This document shows positions 32,975 to 42,749 of a stretch of DNA of 64,000 bases, one piece after another. A program made the position numbers and the translations under genes. The DNA lies in NCBI GenBank assembly GCA_963848295.1, contig CAWKDB010000010.1, positions 928,001-992,000 on the forward strand, written 5' to 3'. Origin of the DNA: an uncultured delta proteobacterium (GTDB lineage Bacteria > Myxococcota_A > Polyangia > Haliangiales > Haliangiaceae). Every line of letters begins with the position of its first letter. Position 1 is the first letter of the stretch. The notes under the pieces were generated by a model that was given only the letters and a program-made list of their open reading frames with translations, was not told the DNA's origin and did not search any database.

Positions 32975-35182
32975 TCAACGTAGCACCACGGTCGCTTTCG
33001 TTACCTTATCGCCTACTTGCAGCGCATCTGCCGCGCTTTGCCCGGCGACCACCTGCCCCACCCACGTGTACCTACCGTCCAGGTGCGGCGCGTGGGAGTG
33101 CATGATGAACCACTGCGAGCCGCCGCTGTCCTTGCCGGCGTCGGCGATCCCGACCGCGCCCGCGACGAAGCCCGCGCCATCCGCGATCGTCGCAGGCTCG
33201 GCCAGCGTCGTGTAGCCCGGTCCGCCGTAGCCCGAGCCCGTCGGGTCGCCGCCTTGGACGACAAAGTCCGGCACGACACGATGGATCTCGAGGCCGTCGT
33301 AGAACCCTTTGCGGGTCAGCGCGACGATCGACGCGACGTTCCACGGCGCGACGTCCGGAAACAGCGCGATCTCGATCGGGCCGCGTGTTGTCTCGAGGCG
33401 CCAGGTCACGGAGTAGCCGATCACGTCCGCGACGTCGACGGGCGGCGGATCCGCGCGGCCGGGCGCCGCCGGCGCCGGCTGGCCGAGGGCGCGCAGGCAC
33501 GTCGCGCCCGCAGCGGCGAGCACCGGATGGCGATCCAGCGCCGCGGTGCACGCGGCGACGCCGGTGGTGAGCTCGCGTTTGCCGATCTCGGCGAGGTAGC
33601 TCGCGCCGACCTCGGGATCTTCGAGTGTTGTCGCACCTGCGATGATCGCGGCATCGATCGAAGTCTTCAGGGCTGGCGAGCCCACGTCGCTGTCCCTGCC
33701 GATCGCGTCGAGCACAGAGGGTGCGGCGTCGATCGCGGCACCCTCGATGATCGGATCGCGCGAGCCGAGCGCGGCCACGAGCGTCGCGACCAGCGCTTGA
33801 TGATCGGCGGCGTTGCCATCCTTCCACGTGGTCGCGAGCGCTCCGAATCCGGCGCCGCGCACGCGCGCGTCGGCGTTGCCGAGCAGGACGCGGATCGCGT
33901 CGCGCCGGGTCGAGACGTCGCCGGCACCCGACGTGACGAGCTCGGCGAGCAGCGGCAGTCGCAGGTGATCGGGCAAGCGGCCGTGGCCGCAGCTCGCGAG
34001 CTCGGCGACGTTCGGGTGCGCCGCGGCACGAGCGAGCGCGACCGCGGCGAGACACTCGATCCAGCCGCGCGAGATCGGCGCGATCGAGCTCGCCTCCGCC
34101 GCCGCGTGCTGGAGCTCGATCAGCGCGGACGCCACGGCGGGACGCGACGCCGAGCCGGCGAGCGCACGCTCGGTCTCGATCACGACGTGGGCCGCGAGCT
34201 CGTCGCCGTTAGCGAGCGCGATCCACCGCGCCGGCAGCGCCGCGGCGACGAGATCGCGCCCGGCATCGTCGCCGCGCTCGCCTGCGAGCGCTCGGACCGC
34301 CTCGACCGCGACGCGCCAATCGCGATCTGCGAGCGCGGCGCCGAGTGGCGTTCGATACAGCTCGGGGATCGATTTGCGCACGCCCGCGTGCTTGGCGAGC
34401 CCGGCGATCGCGGTCGCGCGGATCTCGGGATCGCCGTCGCCGATCCGCGCCGCAAGCGCCGCTTCGACCGAGCCCGGCGCCGGATCCGCATCCTTGGCGA
34501 CGACCTCGCGGGCGAGCGCGTAGGTCGCGCCGTAGCGCACGTCGCGATCAGCCGCGGCCGATGCTTCGACGAGGAGTGCCCGCGGCGCGGGCTCGAGCGC
34601 GATGTCGCGGCGGCCGAGCCGGCCGAGTGCGAGCCCCCATGCCGCGCGAATCGACGCCGGCAGCGCCTGCATCGATCCGTAATGGTCGAGCACGCTCTGC
34701 ACGTCTCCCGTGCCCGCCCTGCCGGCCGCCTCGAACGCGACGAGCGCGTCGAGCTCGAGCTCGCGAGGGTCGACCGGCTTAGGCGTCATCTCGCCGCGAT
34801 CGATCGGATAGTCGAGATGCACCGCGGCGGCGGCGTTCAACTCCCATGTCGCGTCGGGGTCGCCGAGCGCCCCCGCGATTCCGATCGCGCCGGTCACCGC
34901 GCTCGCCGCCGATCCCGCGCTCCGGGCTCGATCGAGCGCCGCGAGCGCTCGAGCGCCGCCGCTCCGGCCGAGCCCTCGCGCCGCGAGCTCCCGTGCGTGA
35001 GGATCGCCATGGTCGAGCAACTCGACCAAGTCGGCGACGCCCGCCTCGCGCTCGACCTCGGCTCGTGCGACTTCGATGCGCAGCGCGCGATCGTCGACCG
35101 GGCGGATCAGCTCGGGCTTCGGCCTGGTGGCTGGACACGCGATGCACATCGCAGTTGCGATCAATGCGCTCGTCCGGACCAT
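32975..35182 (-). CDS. HEAT-repeat protein with C-terminal cyclophilin-type peptidyl-prolyl isomerase domain
   Basis: C-terminal GFYDG..HRVVPDFVVQGGDPTG.G.GGPG, GKDSGGSQWF and PHLDGRYT; N-terminal HEAT-like repeats; possible lipobox. Confidence 0.88.
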   Translation of the reverse strand: MVRTSALIATAMCIACPATRPKPELIRPVDDRALRIEVARAEVEREAGVADLVELLDHGDPHARELAARGLGRSGGARALAALDRARSAGSAASAVTGAIGIAGALGDPDATWELNAAAAVHLDYPIDRGEMTPKPVDPRELELDALVAFEAAGRAGTGDVQSVLDHYGSMQALPASIRAAWGLALGRLGRRDIALEPAPRALLVEASAAADRDVRYGATYALAREVVAKDADPAPGSVEAALAARIGDGDPEIRATAIAGLAKHAGVRKSIPELYRTPLGAALADRDWRVAVEAVRALAGERGDDAGRDLVAAALPARWIALANGDELAAHVVIETERALAGSASRPAVASALIELQHAAAEASSIAPISRGWIECLAAVALARAAAHPNVAELASCGHGRLPDHLRLPLLAELVTSGAGDVSTRRDAIRVLLGNADARVRGAGFGALATTWKDGNAADHQALVATLVAALGSRDPIIEGAAIDAAPSVLDAIGRDSDVGSPALKTSIDAAIIAGATTLEDPEVGASYLAEIGKRELTTGVAACTAALDRHPVLAAAGATCLRALGQPAPAAPGRADPPPVDVADVIGYSVTWRLETTRGPIEIALFPDVAPWNVASIVALTRKGFYDGLEIHRVVPDFVVQGGDPTGSGYGGPGYTTLAEPATIADGAGFVAGAVGIADAGKDSGGSQWFIMHSHAPHLDGRYTWVGQVVAGQSAADALQVGDKVTKATVVLR

Positions 35183-35242
35183 CGCGCGATCCTACCTCGG
35201 CCGGGCATCGACCTAACGGCGACGACGTGACATCGTGTAGCG

Positions 35243-36793
35243 ATGCGCTCGTCGTTCGTCGTCGCGATCTGTCTGTGCTTCGCATGCTCGTCGAAGAAGT
35301 CTGCGGATGATCACGCCGCGGCGACCGGCGCACCGCCGATCGCGCCGGCGAAGCCAGTCGTGAAACAGCCGGTGCCGAAAACGCCGTTGCCTCCGCTCTC
35401 CGCGGACCCGGGTGGCGCGACCGGCAAGCCGGTGTGGACCACGGGGTTCGGCGGGCTCGGCATCGACGCGCCGCGCGGCATCGCGGTCGACGATGCGGGC
35501 AACTCGTACGTCGCCGGCTACTTCGAGGGATCGATCGACTTTGGCGGCGCGATCGGCAAGCGCACGTCGGCCGGCGGCTCCGATGCGTTCGTCGTCAAGC
35601 TCGATGCCAGCGGCAAGGTCGCCTGGGCTCAGACGTTCGGCGCCAAGCGCGACGACGCCGCGAACGCGATCGCGGTGCACGGCGACACCGTCGTCGTCGT
35701 CGGCAACTTTCTCGACGAGCTCAAGCTCGGCGACTTCGATAAGAAGGCGCGCTCCGGCTCCGGGTCGGGCGATCAAGCGAACATCGCGGAAGGCTCGGAC
35801 GATGTGTTCGTCGCAGCGTTCGGCACCGACGGCGCGCCGAAATGGTTGTGGACCCTCGGCGGCATCGACTCCGATGGTGCGAACGCAGTCGCATCGTCGC
35901 CCGATGGCGGCTGGGTGATCGGTGGCTCGTTCCGCGACAGCATCGTCGACACTGGCATCGCGCTCAAGGCGCGCGGCGGCACCGATGCGCTGCTCGCCAA
36001 GCTCGCGCCGAGCGGCGACCTCGAGTGGATCAAACAATTCGGCGGCACCGGCGACGACCAGATCTCCCACGTCGCGGTCGATGCTCAAGGCTCGATCTAC
36101 ATCCAGGGCGTGTTCAAGGACATCGCCGACTTCGGGGGCAAACCGCTCAAGGCGGCGAACGGCTCCGACACCGACGTCGTGCTCGCGAAGTACGACGTCA
36201 ACGGCGATCACGTGTGGTCGCAGCGCTTCGGCAACCCGTTCAACGACGTCGCCGGCGGCGTCGCCGTCGATCCGTCGGGCCACGTCACGATGGTCGGCTC
36301 GTTCGAGCGCAACGGCGGGCCGGTGTCGTTCGGCCCCGGAGATTCGCACGACTCGGCCGGCGAATCCGACATCTTCGTCGCGCACTTCACGACCGACGGC
36401 AAGCTCGAGTGGGCGCACACGTTCGGCTCTGATCGCGAAGACATCGGCTGGGGCGTCGCGGCCGACTCGTCGGGCAACATCGTGATGACCGGCTGGTTCC
36501 AGCGCACCGTCGATTTCGGCAAGGGCCCGATCGAGAGCAAAGGCAACAAGGACGTGTTCGCGCTCAAGCTCGATCCGAAGGGCGCGATCGTGTGGGTCGA
36601 CACGTGGGGCGACCACGACCACGATCAAGGCCGCGCCGTCGCGATCGACAAGACCGGCGCCGCGTACGTCACCGGGATCTACCGGTTCAAGCTCGCGCTC
36701 GTCGATCCGCCGCTCGAGTCGCATCGGCCGGCGTCCGGGGTCGAGGCGATGGCGCCCAAGCCCGATGCGTTCGTCGTCAAGCTCGCGCGCTGA
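35243..36793 (+). CDS. Lipoprotein with SBBP-like beta-propeller repeats
   Basis: Lipobox CFAC followed by about eight repeats of W...FG....D....VAVD..G..YVxG.F...D.FV.K. Confidence 0.82.
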   Translation: MRSSFVVAICLCFACSSKKSADDHAAATGAPPIAPAKPVVKQPVPKTPLPPLSADPGGATGKPVWTTGFGGLGIDAPRGIAVDDAGNSYVAGYFEGSIDFGGAIGKRTSAGGSDAFVVKLDASGKVAWAQTFGAKRDDAANAIAVHGDTVVVVGNFLDELKLGDFDKKARSGSGSGDQANIAEGSDDVFVAAFGTDGAPKWLWTLGGIDSDGANAVASSPDGGWVIGGSFRDSIVDTGIALKARGGTDALLAKLAPSGDLEWIKQFGGTGDDQISHVAVDAQGSIYIQGVFKDIADFGGKPLKAANGSDTDVVLAKYDVNGDHVWSQRFGNPFNDVAGGVAVDPSGHVTMVGSFERNGGPVSFGPGDSHDSAGESDIFVAHFTTDGKLEWAHTFGSDREDIGWGVAADSSGNIVMTGWFQRTVDFGKGPIESKGNKDVFALKLDPKGAIVWVDTWGDHDHDQGRAVAIDKTGAAYVTGIYRFKLALVDPPLESHRPASGVEAMAPKPDAFVVKLAR

Positions 36794-36901
36794 TCTCGTG
36801 ACAAAACGCCCGTAGCGGCGAAATAGCCGCATTCCCCACTTTTCATCGGTGGCGCGCGGTGCCAAAAGAAATGCGCTTCCACCTCATTTAGGAGATTTCA
36901 G

Positions 36902-37123
36902 ATGGCCAAAGCGAAAAAGGGTAAGGCGGCCGCGGGCCCCACGGAGATGCTACTCGTTGCCTCGAAGGTCAAGGCGGTGCTCAAGAGCGCCGGCTGTAAC
37001 ACCGCGGGCGACGCGCTCGACGGGCTGAACGGCTATGTCGGCTGGCTCGTGATGCAGGCCGCCAAGCGCGCCCACGAGAACGGCCGCAAGACCGTCCGCG
37101 CGCACGACTTCATGATCATGTAG
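36902..37123 (+). CDS. Bacterial histone-fold protein (Bd0055-like) with Lys-rich N-terminal extension
   Basis: Core LLVASKVKAVLK...AAKRAHENGRKTVRAHDF carries the histone-fold RKTV..D signature. RBS AGGAG at 36890-36894, 7 nt before the ATG. Confidence 0.85.
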   Translation: MAKAKKGKAAAGPTEMLLVASKVKAVLKSAGCNTAGDALDGLNGYVGWLVMQAAKRAHENGRKTVRAHDFMIM

Positions 37124-37158
37124 CTCGGGTCGCCGGGTTCCTGCCGATTCTGCGACGT

Positions 37159-37190
37159 AGACGGGCGCCTTCCGGGCGCCTGTTTTCGTT
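37159..37190 (+). terminator. Rho-independent terminator after the histone gene
   Basis: AGACGGGCGCC-TTCCG-GGCGCCTGTTT stem followed by a T-rich tail. Confidence 0.7.
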
Positions 37191-37210
37191 TGGGGTTAAG
37201 ATTGTCAGAG

Positions 37211-39526
37211 GTGACGGCTGGGGTACCTATCTACCTGGTCTCGGCCTGCTCCTCTGCCGAGGAGTTTGTCGCGGCGTTTAGGCGTTACGCCGATCGCACC
37301 GGCGTGTTCGTTCCGATGGCGCAACCGCTGCCCGCGGGCAAGCGCGGGACGATCGCGCTGACCCTGATCGACGGTGGCGTGATGATCGACGGCGAGGCGG
37401 AGATCATCGCGTCCTCACCCAAGCCGTCGCCGCTGCACGGCCGACCCGGCATGACGGTGCGGTTTCTCGAGCCCGACGACGCGAGCAAAGCCACGCTCGG
37501 AGAGCTCGAGAAGTCGCGGCTCGCGATGCGCCCTGGTCCGCCGAACGCGACCGCGCGCCCCGCCGCGATCCCTTCTGGGCCGCGCCCGACCCCGCCCGCG
37601 CCGGCCGGACGAATCGACGCCGCGAACGCGCTCGCCGAATGCGTCGCGATCGGCGATGTCTCGACGCTGCGCGACATCGCCGACCCATCGGCTGCGGCGA
37701 AAGCAAAGTTCGTCGTCCCGTCGATCCCCGTGATGGGCGGCCGGACCAGGCCGCAGAGCACGGCGCCGCCGATCTCGACGTCGCGAACCGCGACGACGCT
37801 CGGCGTCGGGCCGTTGCAGAAGCCGCCCGAGGAGCCCGCCGTCGTCGTCGCCACCGCGACCCGCGATGACGCGACCCAGCCGATCGTGAGTCGTGGCGCA
37901 ACGCTATCCGAGCTCGTGACGACCGCGCGAGGCACCGGGCCCGAGCCCGCCGGACCGGCCGTTCGCCGCGCGACCGCCGAGGTACCGCGTCGGCCGACGC
38001 CACCCGCGCCGTTACCCGTGCCCCGCCCGCCTGCGCCGATCGCGTCGCCGATCGATACCGTCGAGGTCGACCTCGGCGAGCAAACCGATATGTCGCCGAT
38101 TCCCGACGCGGACCGCGGAGAGACCCGGACCGCGGTCGGCCCACCGCCGGTAGCGATCGACCCGCAAGTCGATCCGGAAGACGCTCCCACCGCGTCCCGG
38201 CCCGTGATCGATCCGGCCGATCCGAAAGTCGCCGAGCCATCGGTCGTGGTCGACATCTCCGCATCGCCATCCGGCGGCGCCGTCGGGCACGCCGAGCCTG
38301 CGATGCGCGCGTCCGAGATCATGGCGGCGATCCCGCACGGTGACTGGACGATGACGCCGGGCGACGTCGCGCCGACCGTGCTGCCACCGCCGGCGCCGCC
38401 TTCCGACAACTGGACGATGACGCGCGACGAAGGCGCACCGACGGGATGGTCGGCGGCGAGCCCGGTCGCTGCGCCGCCGCCGCCCCAACCGCCACCGATG
38501 CCAGCGCCGCGGCCGCCGATCGTGCCGGCGGCGCCGAAGACCGGAAATCCCGTGATGGCCGTCGCGAGCACGGAGCCGTTGTTCACCGACGGCAGCGAGG
38601 ACAAACCGACCATCGTCGAGCCGAAGATCGAGATCGATCCGACGTTGATGGAGCCGCTGCGCGAGATGCCGCCCGAGGACGACGCAGCCGCGCAGTTCGC
38701 GGTGCCACCGGTGCACGCGGCGCTCGGGTCGTTGCCAGCGCCGGCGATTCCCACGCCGCTACCGGGGATGATGACTGCCCCTCCGCCGGTCCCGCTGGAC
38801 GGTTACGCCCAGCCGATGGTGGCGACGCCCGGAGCGGCTTATCGCGACGATCGCGCGTCGTACCCCGGGCTCGACGCGATCGCCCCGCGGCACCGTCGGC
38901 GCGGGCTCGTGATCGCGCTCAGCGCCGCGTCCGCCGTGACGATCGGCGCGATCGCGGTGATCGCCGCGACGCGCGGCGGCGCGGCGACGAAGTCGAAGCC
39001 GATCGACGCTGCGGTGACGAGCCCGCCGATCGATGCCGCCCAGGTCGCGGTGGTCGTGGCGAAGGCGGACGCGGCGGTCGCGCCTCCGCCGACGGTGTGC
39101 AAGGTGATCATCGACACGACGCCGACCGACGCCGAGGTCGGCATCGATGGCGGTGCCGCGCTCGGCAAGTCGCCGGGGACGTTCGAGCTACCGTGCGGCG
39201 CCGAGGTCAAGCTGTCGATCAAGAAGGCGCGCTACTACGCGGCGACGAAAGCCGTGATGCCGACCTCGACGGGTGCGAAGGTCTCGGTCAGGCTCGCGCG
39301 CGCGACGTTCACGATCAGGGTGAGCTCGACGCCACCAGGCGCGACGATCACGGTCGGAGGACGGACGCTCGGGATCACGCCGACGATGATCAGGCTGCCG
39401 GCGTTCGAAGCCGCGGCGATCACACTGTCGAAGCCGGGCTACACCGCCGAGTCGGCGAGGTTCACGCCGAAAGCGAACAACGTCGCCTACCGCGTGACGC
39501 TCAGGCGGGTGCCTATGCTCCGCTGA
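37211..39526 (+). CDS. PilZ-like N-terminal domain + Pro-rich linker + single TM + two PEGA-like domains
   Basis: EEFVAAFRRY..RTGVFVP...PGMTVRF; TM segment GLVIALSAASAVTIGAIAVIAA; PEGA-like IDTTPTDAEV and VSSTPPGATITVGG..LG.TP. Start is 37190 or 37211. Confidence 0.78.
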   Translation: MTAGVPIYLVSACSSAEEFVAAFRRYADRTGVFVPMAQPLPAGKRGTIALTLIDGGVMIDGEAEIIASSPKPSPLHGRPGMTVRFLEPDDASKATLGELEKSRLAMRPGPPNATARPAAIPSGPRPTPPAPAGRIDAANALAECVAIGDVSTLRDIADPSAAAKAKFVVPSIPVMGGRTRPQSTAPPISTSRTATTLGVGPLQKPPEEPAVVVATATRDDATQPIVSRGATLSELVTTARGTGPEPAGPAVRRATAEVPRRPTPPAPLPVPRPPAPIASPIDTVEVDLGEQTDMSPIPDADRGETRTAVGPPPVAIDPQVDPEDAPTASRPVIDPADPKVAEPSVVVDISASPSGGAVGHAEPAMRASEIMAAIPHGDWTMTPGDVAPTVLPPPAPPSDNWTMTRDEGAPTGWSAASPVAAPPPPQPPPMPAPRPPIVPAAPKTGNPVMAVASTEPLFTDGSEDKPTIVEPKIEIDPTLMEPLREMPPEDDAAAQFAVPPVHAALGSLPAPAIPTPLPGMMTAPPPVPLDGYAQPMVATPGAAYRDDRASYPGLDAIAPRHRRRGLVIALSAASAVTIGAIAVIAATRGGAATKSKPIDAAVTSPPIDAAQVAVVVAKADAAVAPPPTVCKVIIDTTPTDAEVGIDGGAALGKSPGTFELPCGAEVKLSIKKARYYAATKAVMPTSTGAKVSVRLARATFTIRVSSTPPGATITVGGRTLGITPTMIRLPAFEAAAITLSKPGYTAESARFTPKANNVAYRVTLRRVPMLR

Positions 39527-40253
39527 GCTCGAGATCGGCGACCTGCGCGCGCACCGCGGACATGAACCGCGCACCCGGATCCGGCTTGACGTTGCGATAC
39601 GTCGGATCGCGCTCGAGGTAGTACGGGTTCGCCCGGAACTTCATGACCTCGTAGTGGCCCAACAGGTGTGTGATCGGGTAGCGGTGCGCGAGATCGCGAA
39701 CGAGCGCGGCATCGGCGGCGACCTGTGCGGCGGTGAGCGGATACTTCGCTTCGTCCCCGACGTTCTCGATCCCGATCGCGATGTGGTTGAGCCCGATGCA
39801 GTGGCGGGCGTAGCGCGTCTCCGGCTGCAACCGGTAGATCGTACCGTCGCGATCGACGAGGAAGTGCGACGACACGTTCACCGCGCCCGCCCGCGCGAGC
39901 TGGCCGCGCGCCGCTTCGATCCGGGGATTGTCGAAGTACGCGCGGGTCGCCCTCGCGGATCCACCGTCGGTGTAGTGCAACACGATCACGCGTGGCGCGA
40001 TCACGAGGTCGCGCGCGTCGGGATCGCTGTGGGCTCGGCGATAGTCGAGCGTGAGTCGCTCGCGTTCGGGCGACCAGGCGATGGGCGCGTCGATGATCAC
40101 CGGCGCTGCCGCGGGTGCGGGCACGGCCACGGGCGCTGCCGCGGGTGCGGGCACGGGCACGGGCGCCGTCACGGGCGCGGGCGCCGTCACGGGTGCGACC
40201 GCAGCGGTGGGCCGAGAACAGCCGACGAGCACGACGAGCGCGAGCGAACGCAC
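39513..40253 (-). CDS. N-acetylmuramoyl-L-alanine amidase (Amidase_2) lipoprotein
   Basis: Lipobox LVGC; motifs IVLHYT, SSHFLVDRDG, ARHC.GLN..IGIEN, LGH and DPG. Confidence 0.88.
   Translation of the reverse strand: MRSLALVVLVGCSRPTAAVAPVTAPAPVTAPVPVPAPAAAPVAVPAPAAAPVIIDAPIAWSPERERLTLDYRRAHSDPDARDLVIAPRVIVLHYTDGGSARATRAYFDNPRIEAARGQLARAGAVNVSSHFLVDRDGTIYRLQPETRYARHCIGLNHIAIGIENVGDEAKYPLTAAQVAADAALVRDLAHRYPITHLLGHYEVMKFRANPYYLERDPTYRNVKPDPGARFMSAVRAQVADLELSGA
40102..40195. repeat. Coding tandem repeats (30 bp x2, 18 bp x2) encoding a Pro/Ala/Val linker
   Basis: ggcgctgccgcgggtgcgggcacgg(c/g)cacg occurs twice, then gggcgccgtcacggg occurs twice. Confidence 0.7.
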
Positions 40254-40271
40254 CTCCGGGTGTTAGCAGCG

Positions 40272-42749
40272 CTACTTCCAGAACGCCACCCGGTTGGGAC
40301 GGGATGGCGACGGCGCCGCGACGGCGATCGCCGCGAGCTCGGTAGCGATCGTGGCGACCGCGCTGGTGTCATTGGTCCCGAGTGCGCTCGCGAGCCGGTC
40401 GACGAGCTCTTCGACCGTCGCGGCGAGGACGGTCAGGCCGACCGAGCGAACGTCTTCGAGCCATTCGAGCAACCGCAGGCGAATTCGATACCCTTGCTGC
40501 ATATCCGACGCGGCGGTCAGCGCACGTGCGTGCGCGGCGAGCTGCGTCAGGTACGGTGCGGCATCGATCGCCAGGTCGTGCGCCGGCGGGCTCGAGTCTC
40601 TCGCGGCGACGAACCGAGGCATCCCCTGCGACGGCGGCGGCCCAGCCGGCGAGCGCGGAGCAACCGCCATCGCCTTCATCGCGCGCGTCCGCTCCGGCGG
40701 CGAGCTCATCGGTCGTCCCACCGCCATCGGTGCCGGCGCCGCCATCGACGGCGGGCTCAAGCGATGCTTCGCCGCCTGCGTCGCCCCGAACGGGGGCGCT
40801 CCACCGCCGCCACCGCGGCTCAGCTCGTGCTCGCCGACGCGTCCCCACCCAGCGGGCGCCTCGACCGATTGCACGATCGTGCGAACGCGACCGCCGGCGT
40901 TGACCACCTCACTGCGATCGACGGCGAGAAACGCGGTGAACCGGGACAGCACGCTGTAACGCTTGGACAGCGCGACGATCGATGCGGCCAGCTCATCGCC
41001 GGGCATCGCGGCATAGCGATCCTCGAGGTCGCGAATCTTCGAGCGTGCCCAGCTCGCCGAGACCCATCCAGGGTCGCCCGGATTCGCGGTGCGGTCGACG
41101 CGCTGGACCAACGGGCCATCGAGCTTCGAGCCGACGACCTCGAGCGAGGCGTCGGTCGGCGCGGCTCCGCGGTAACGCCCGCAGATCGTGAGCGGTGCGC
41201 CGGCGTAGAGATCCGAAAGCTTGCTCGGCGCGATCGAATCGGCATCGATCGCGAGGTTCGACGGGCGCAGCGCCAGCTCGGTCGCGACCGGCATGCCGAT
41301 CCGGCGATGGACCTTCGCCATCACGGCGTCGAGCCGATCCTCGGACTCGACGAGCTCGCACAGGCCACCGCCCGCGCCCGCGAGACGGCGCAAGAACGCG
41401 GCGTTGACCGCTTGGTCGATGCCGAGCGAGAACATCCGCACCGACCGCAAGCTCGGGCCGATCACGCGCAGCATCTCGTCTTCGTTACCGACCTGACCGT
41501 CCGTGACGAGCACGATGACGCGCGACCGATCATCGGTGCCGCCGTCGAGCAGCGCGACGGCCTTGCGCAGCGGCTCCAACATCTCGGTGCCGCCCTCGGC
41601 GTCGACCGCGGCGAGCGCTTCGACCGCGTGGAACCGCGCGCGATCGGTCGCCGGCTCGAGCCGCTCACCCGGCACGAGCTCGAGCTCGCTGCTGAACGCG
41701 ATCGCACAGAACCGATCGCGCGACGTCAGCGAATCGATCATCCGCGCGACCGCGCGCCGCGCCGCGACCATCTTCCAGCCCTGCATGCTGCCGGACCGAT
41801 CGAGCACGAACACGATGTCGCGCGGCTTCGCCTCGACACTCGAGGTGCTCGGAGGGACGAGCGTGAGCATGAACGTGCCACCGCTATGGTCGGCGTCATC
41901 TGCGCAGATCAGCGAAGGCTGCATCACCGCGCTCGCGCCGCGCACCGGCTCGACCCGCCAGCGCAAGATGAAGTCGCGGTCGACCCGCTCGCCCGGACGA
42001 ACCTCGACGACCATCGCGTCGCGCTCGCTCGTGGTCACGGCGTGCAAGCTCGAGTTGAAATCCACCACACCGACATCGGCGATCGCGACGCGAATCGCCA
42101 GCGCGACGGGATGCGCCAACCCCGGCAAGCGCACCGGCGGCGAGATGCGCGACGCATCGGGCACGACATCGGTATCCGCGGCGATGCCGGGGCCGGCTTG
42201 GTCACCGCCGAGTGCGCGACCGGGGATGTAGCGCGGTGCGACGACGAGTGGGAACTGCAGCGTGAGCTCGCCGTCGTCGATCGGCAGCGGGCCTACGAGC
42301 GAGAGCCGGATCGTGGCCGACTCGCCTGCCATGAGATTCCCGACACGCAACGAGAACACCCCGGCGCGATCCTCCTCGCTGATCGCGGCGCGATGGCCCG
42401 CAGCGATCGCCTGGTCGTATTGCTCGCGCGCCGCGCCGCGCTCGTCGACGACGCCGTCGATGACGCGACCAGCGACCTCCATGCGGAAGCGATGCACCGC
42501 CGCACGATCGGGGAGCGGGAAGATGTACGTCGCTTCGATCGGGCCGCCGGTCGTATTCACGAACGTCTGCACGACCTCGATCGAGGCAACGACGCCGCTG
42601 ACTCGTGCATCGACCGACAGCGCGACGAGTGGGAGTAGCCCGCGCGCGGTCTCGAGCGCACCAAAGCTCGCGTCGGAACGGCGGTGGGCACCGTAACTCG
42701 CGACTTCGTCTTCGGACATCACGGTGATCGATGGCATCGGTTGCATCAT
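40272..42749 (-). CDS. VIT + von Willebrand A domain protein
   Basis: VIT region QTFVN...IEATYIFPLP...F.M.VAGR; MIDAS DRSGSM, GGTE, VTDGQV and FSLGI. ATGA overlap with the MerR gene. Confidence 0.9.
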   Translation of the reverse strand: MMQPMPSITVMSEDEVASYGAHRRSDASFGALETARGLLPLVALSVDARVSGVVASIEVVQTFVNTTGGPIEATYIFPLPDRAAVHRFRMEVAGRVIDGVVDERGAAREQYDQAIAAGHRAAISEEDRAGVFSLRVGNLMAGESATIRLSLVGPLPIDDGELTLQFPLVVAPRYIPGRALGGDQAGPGIAADTDVVPDASRISPPVRLPGLAHPVALAIRVAIADVGVVDFNSSLHAVTTSERDAMVVEVRPGERVDRDFILRWRVEPVRGASAVMQPSLICADDADHSGGTFMLTLVPPSTSSVEAKPRDIVFVLDRSGSMQGWKMVAARRAVARMIDSLTSRDRFCAIAFSSELELVPGERLEPATDRARFHAVEALAAVDAEGGTEMLEPLRKAVALLDGGTDDRSRVIVLVTDGQVGNEDEMLRVIGPSLRSVRMFSLGIDQAVNAAFLRRLAGAGGGLCELVESEDRLDAVMAKVHRRIGMPVATELALRPSNLAIDADSIAPSKLSDLYAGAPLTICGRYRGAAPTDASLEVVGSKLDGPLVQRVDRTANPGDPGWVSASWARSKIRDLEDRYAAMPGDELAASIVALSKRYSVLSRFTAFLAVDRSEVVNAGGRVRTIVQSVEAPAGWGRVGEHELSRGGGGGAPPFGATQAAKHRLSPPSMAAPAPMAVGRPMSSPPERTRAMKAMAVAPRSPAGPPPSQGMPRFVAARDSSPPAHDLAIDAAPYLTQLAAHARALTAASDMQQGYRIRLRLLEWLEDVRSVGLTVLAATVEELVDRLASALGTNDTSAVATIATELAAIAVAAPSPSRPNRVAFWK

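Noticed and set aside
39654..42638. Long antisense or alternate-frame ORFs (also 1862..3859, 33017..35230, 55233..57923 and many more)
   Set aside because: These are shadow ORFs expected at very high GC. They are Arg/Ala-rich, carry no motifs, and lie opposite well-supported genes.
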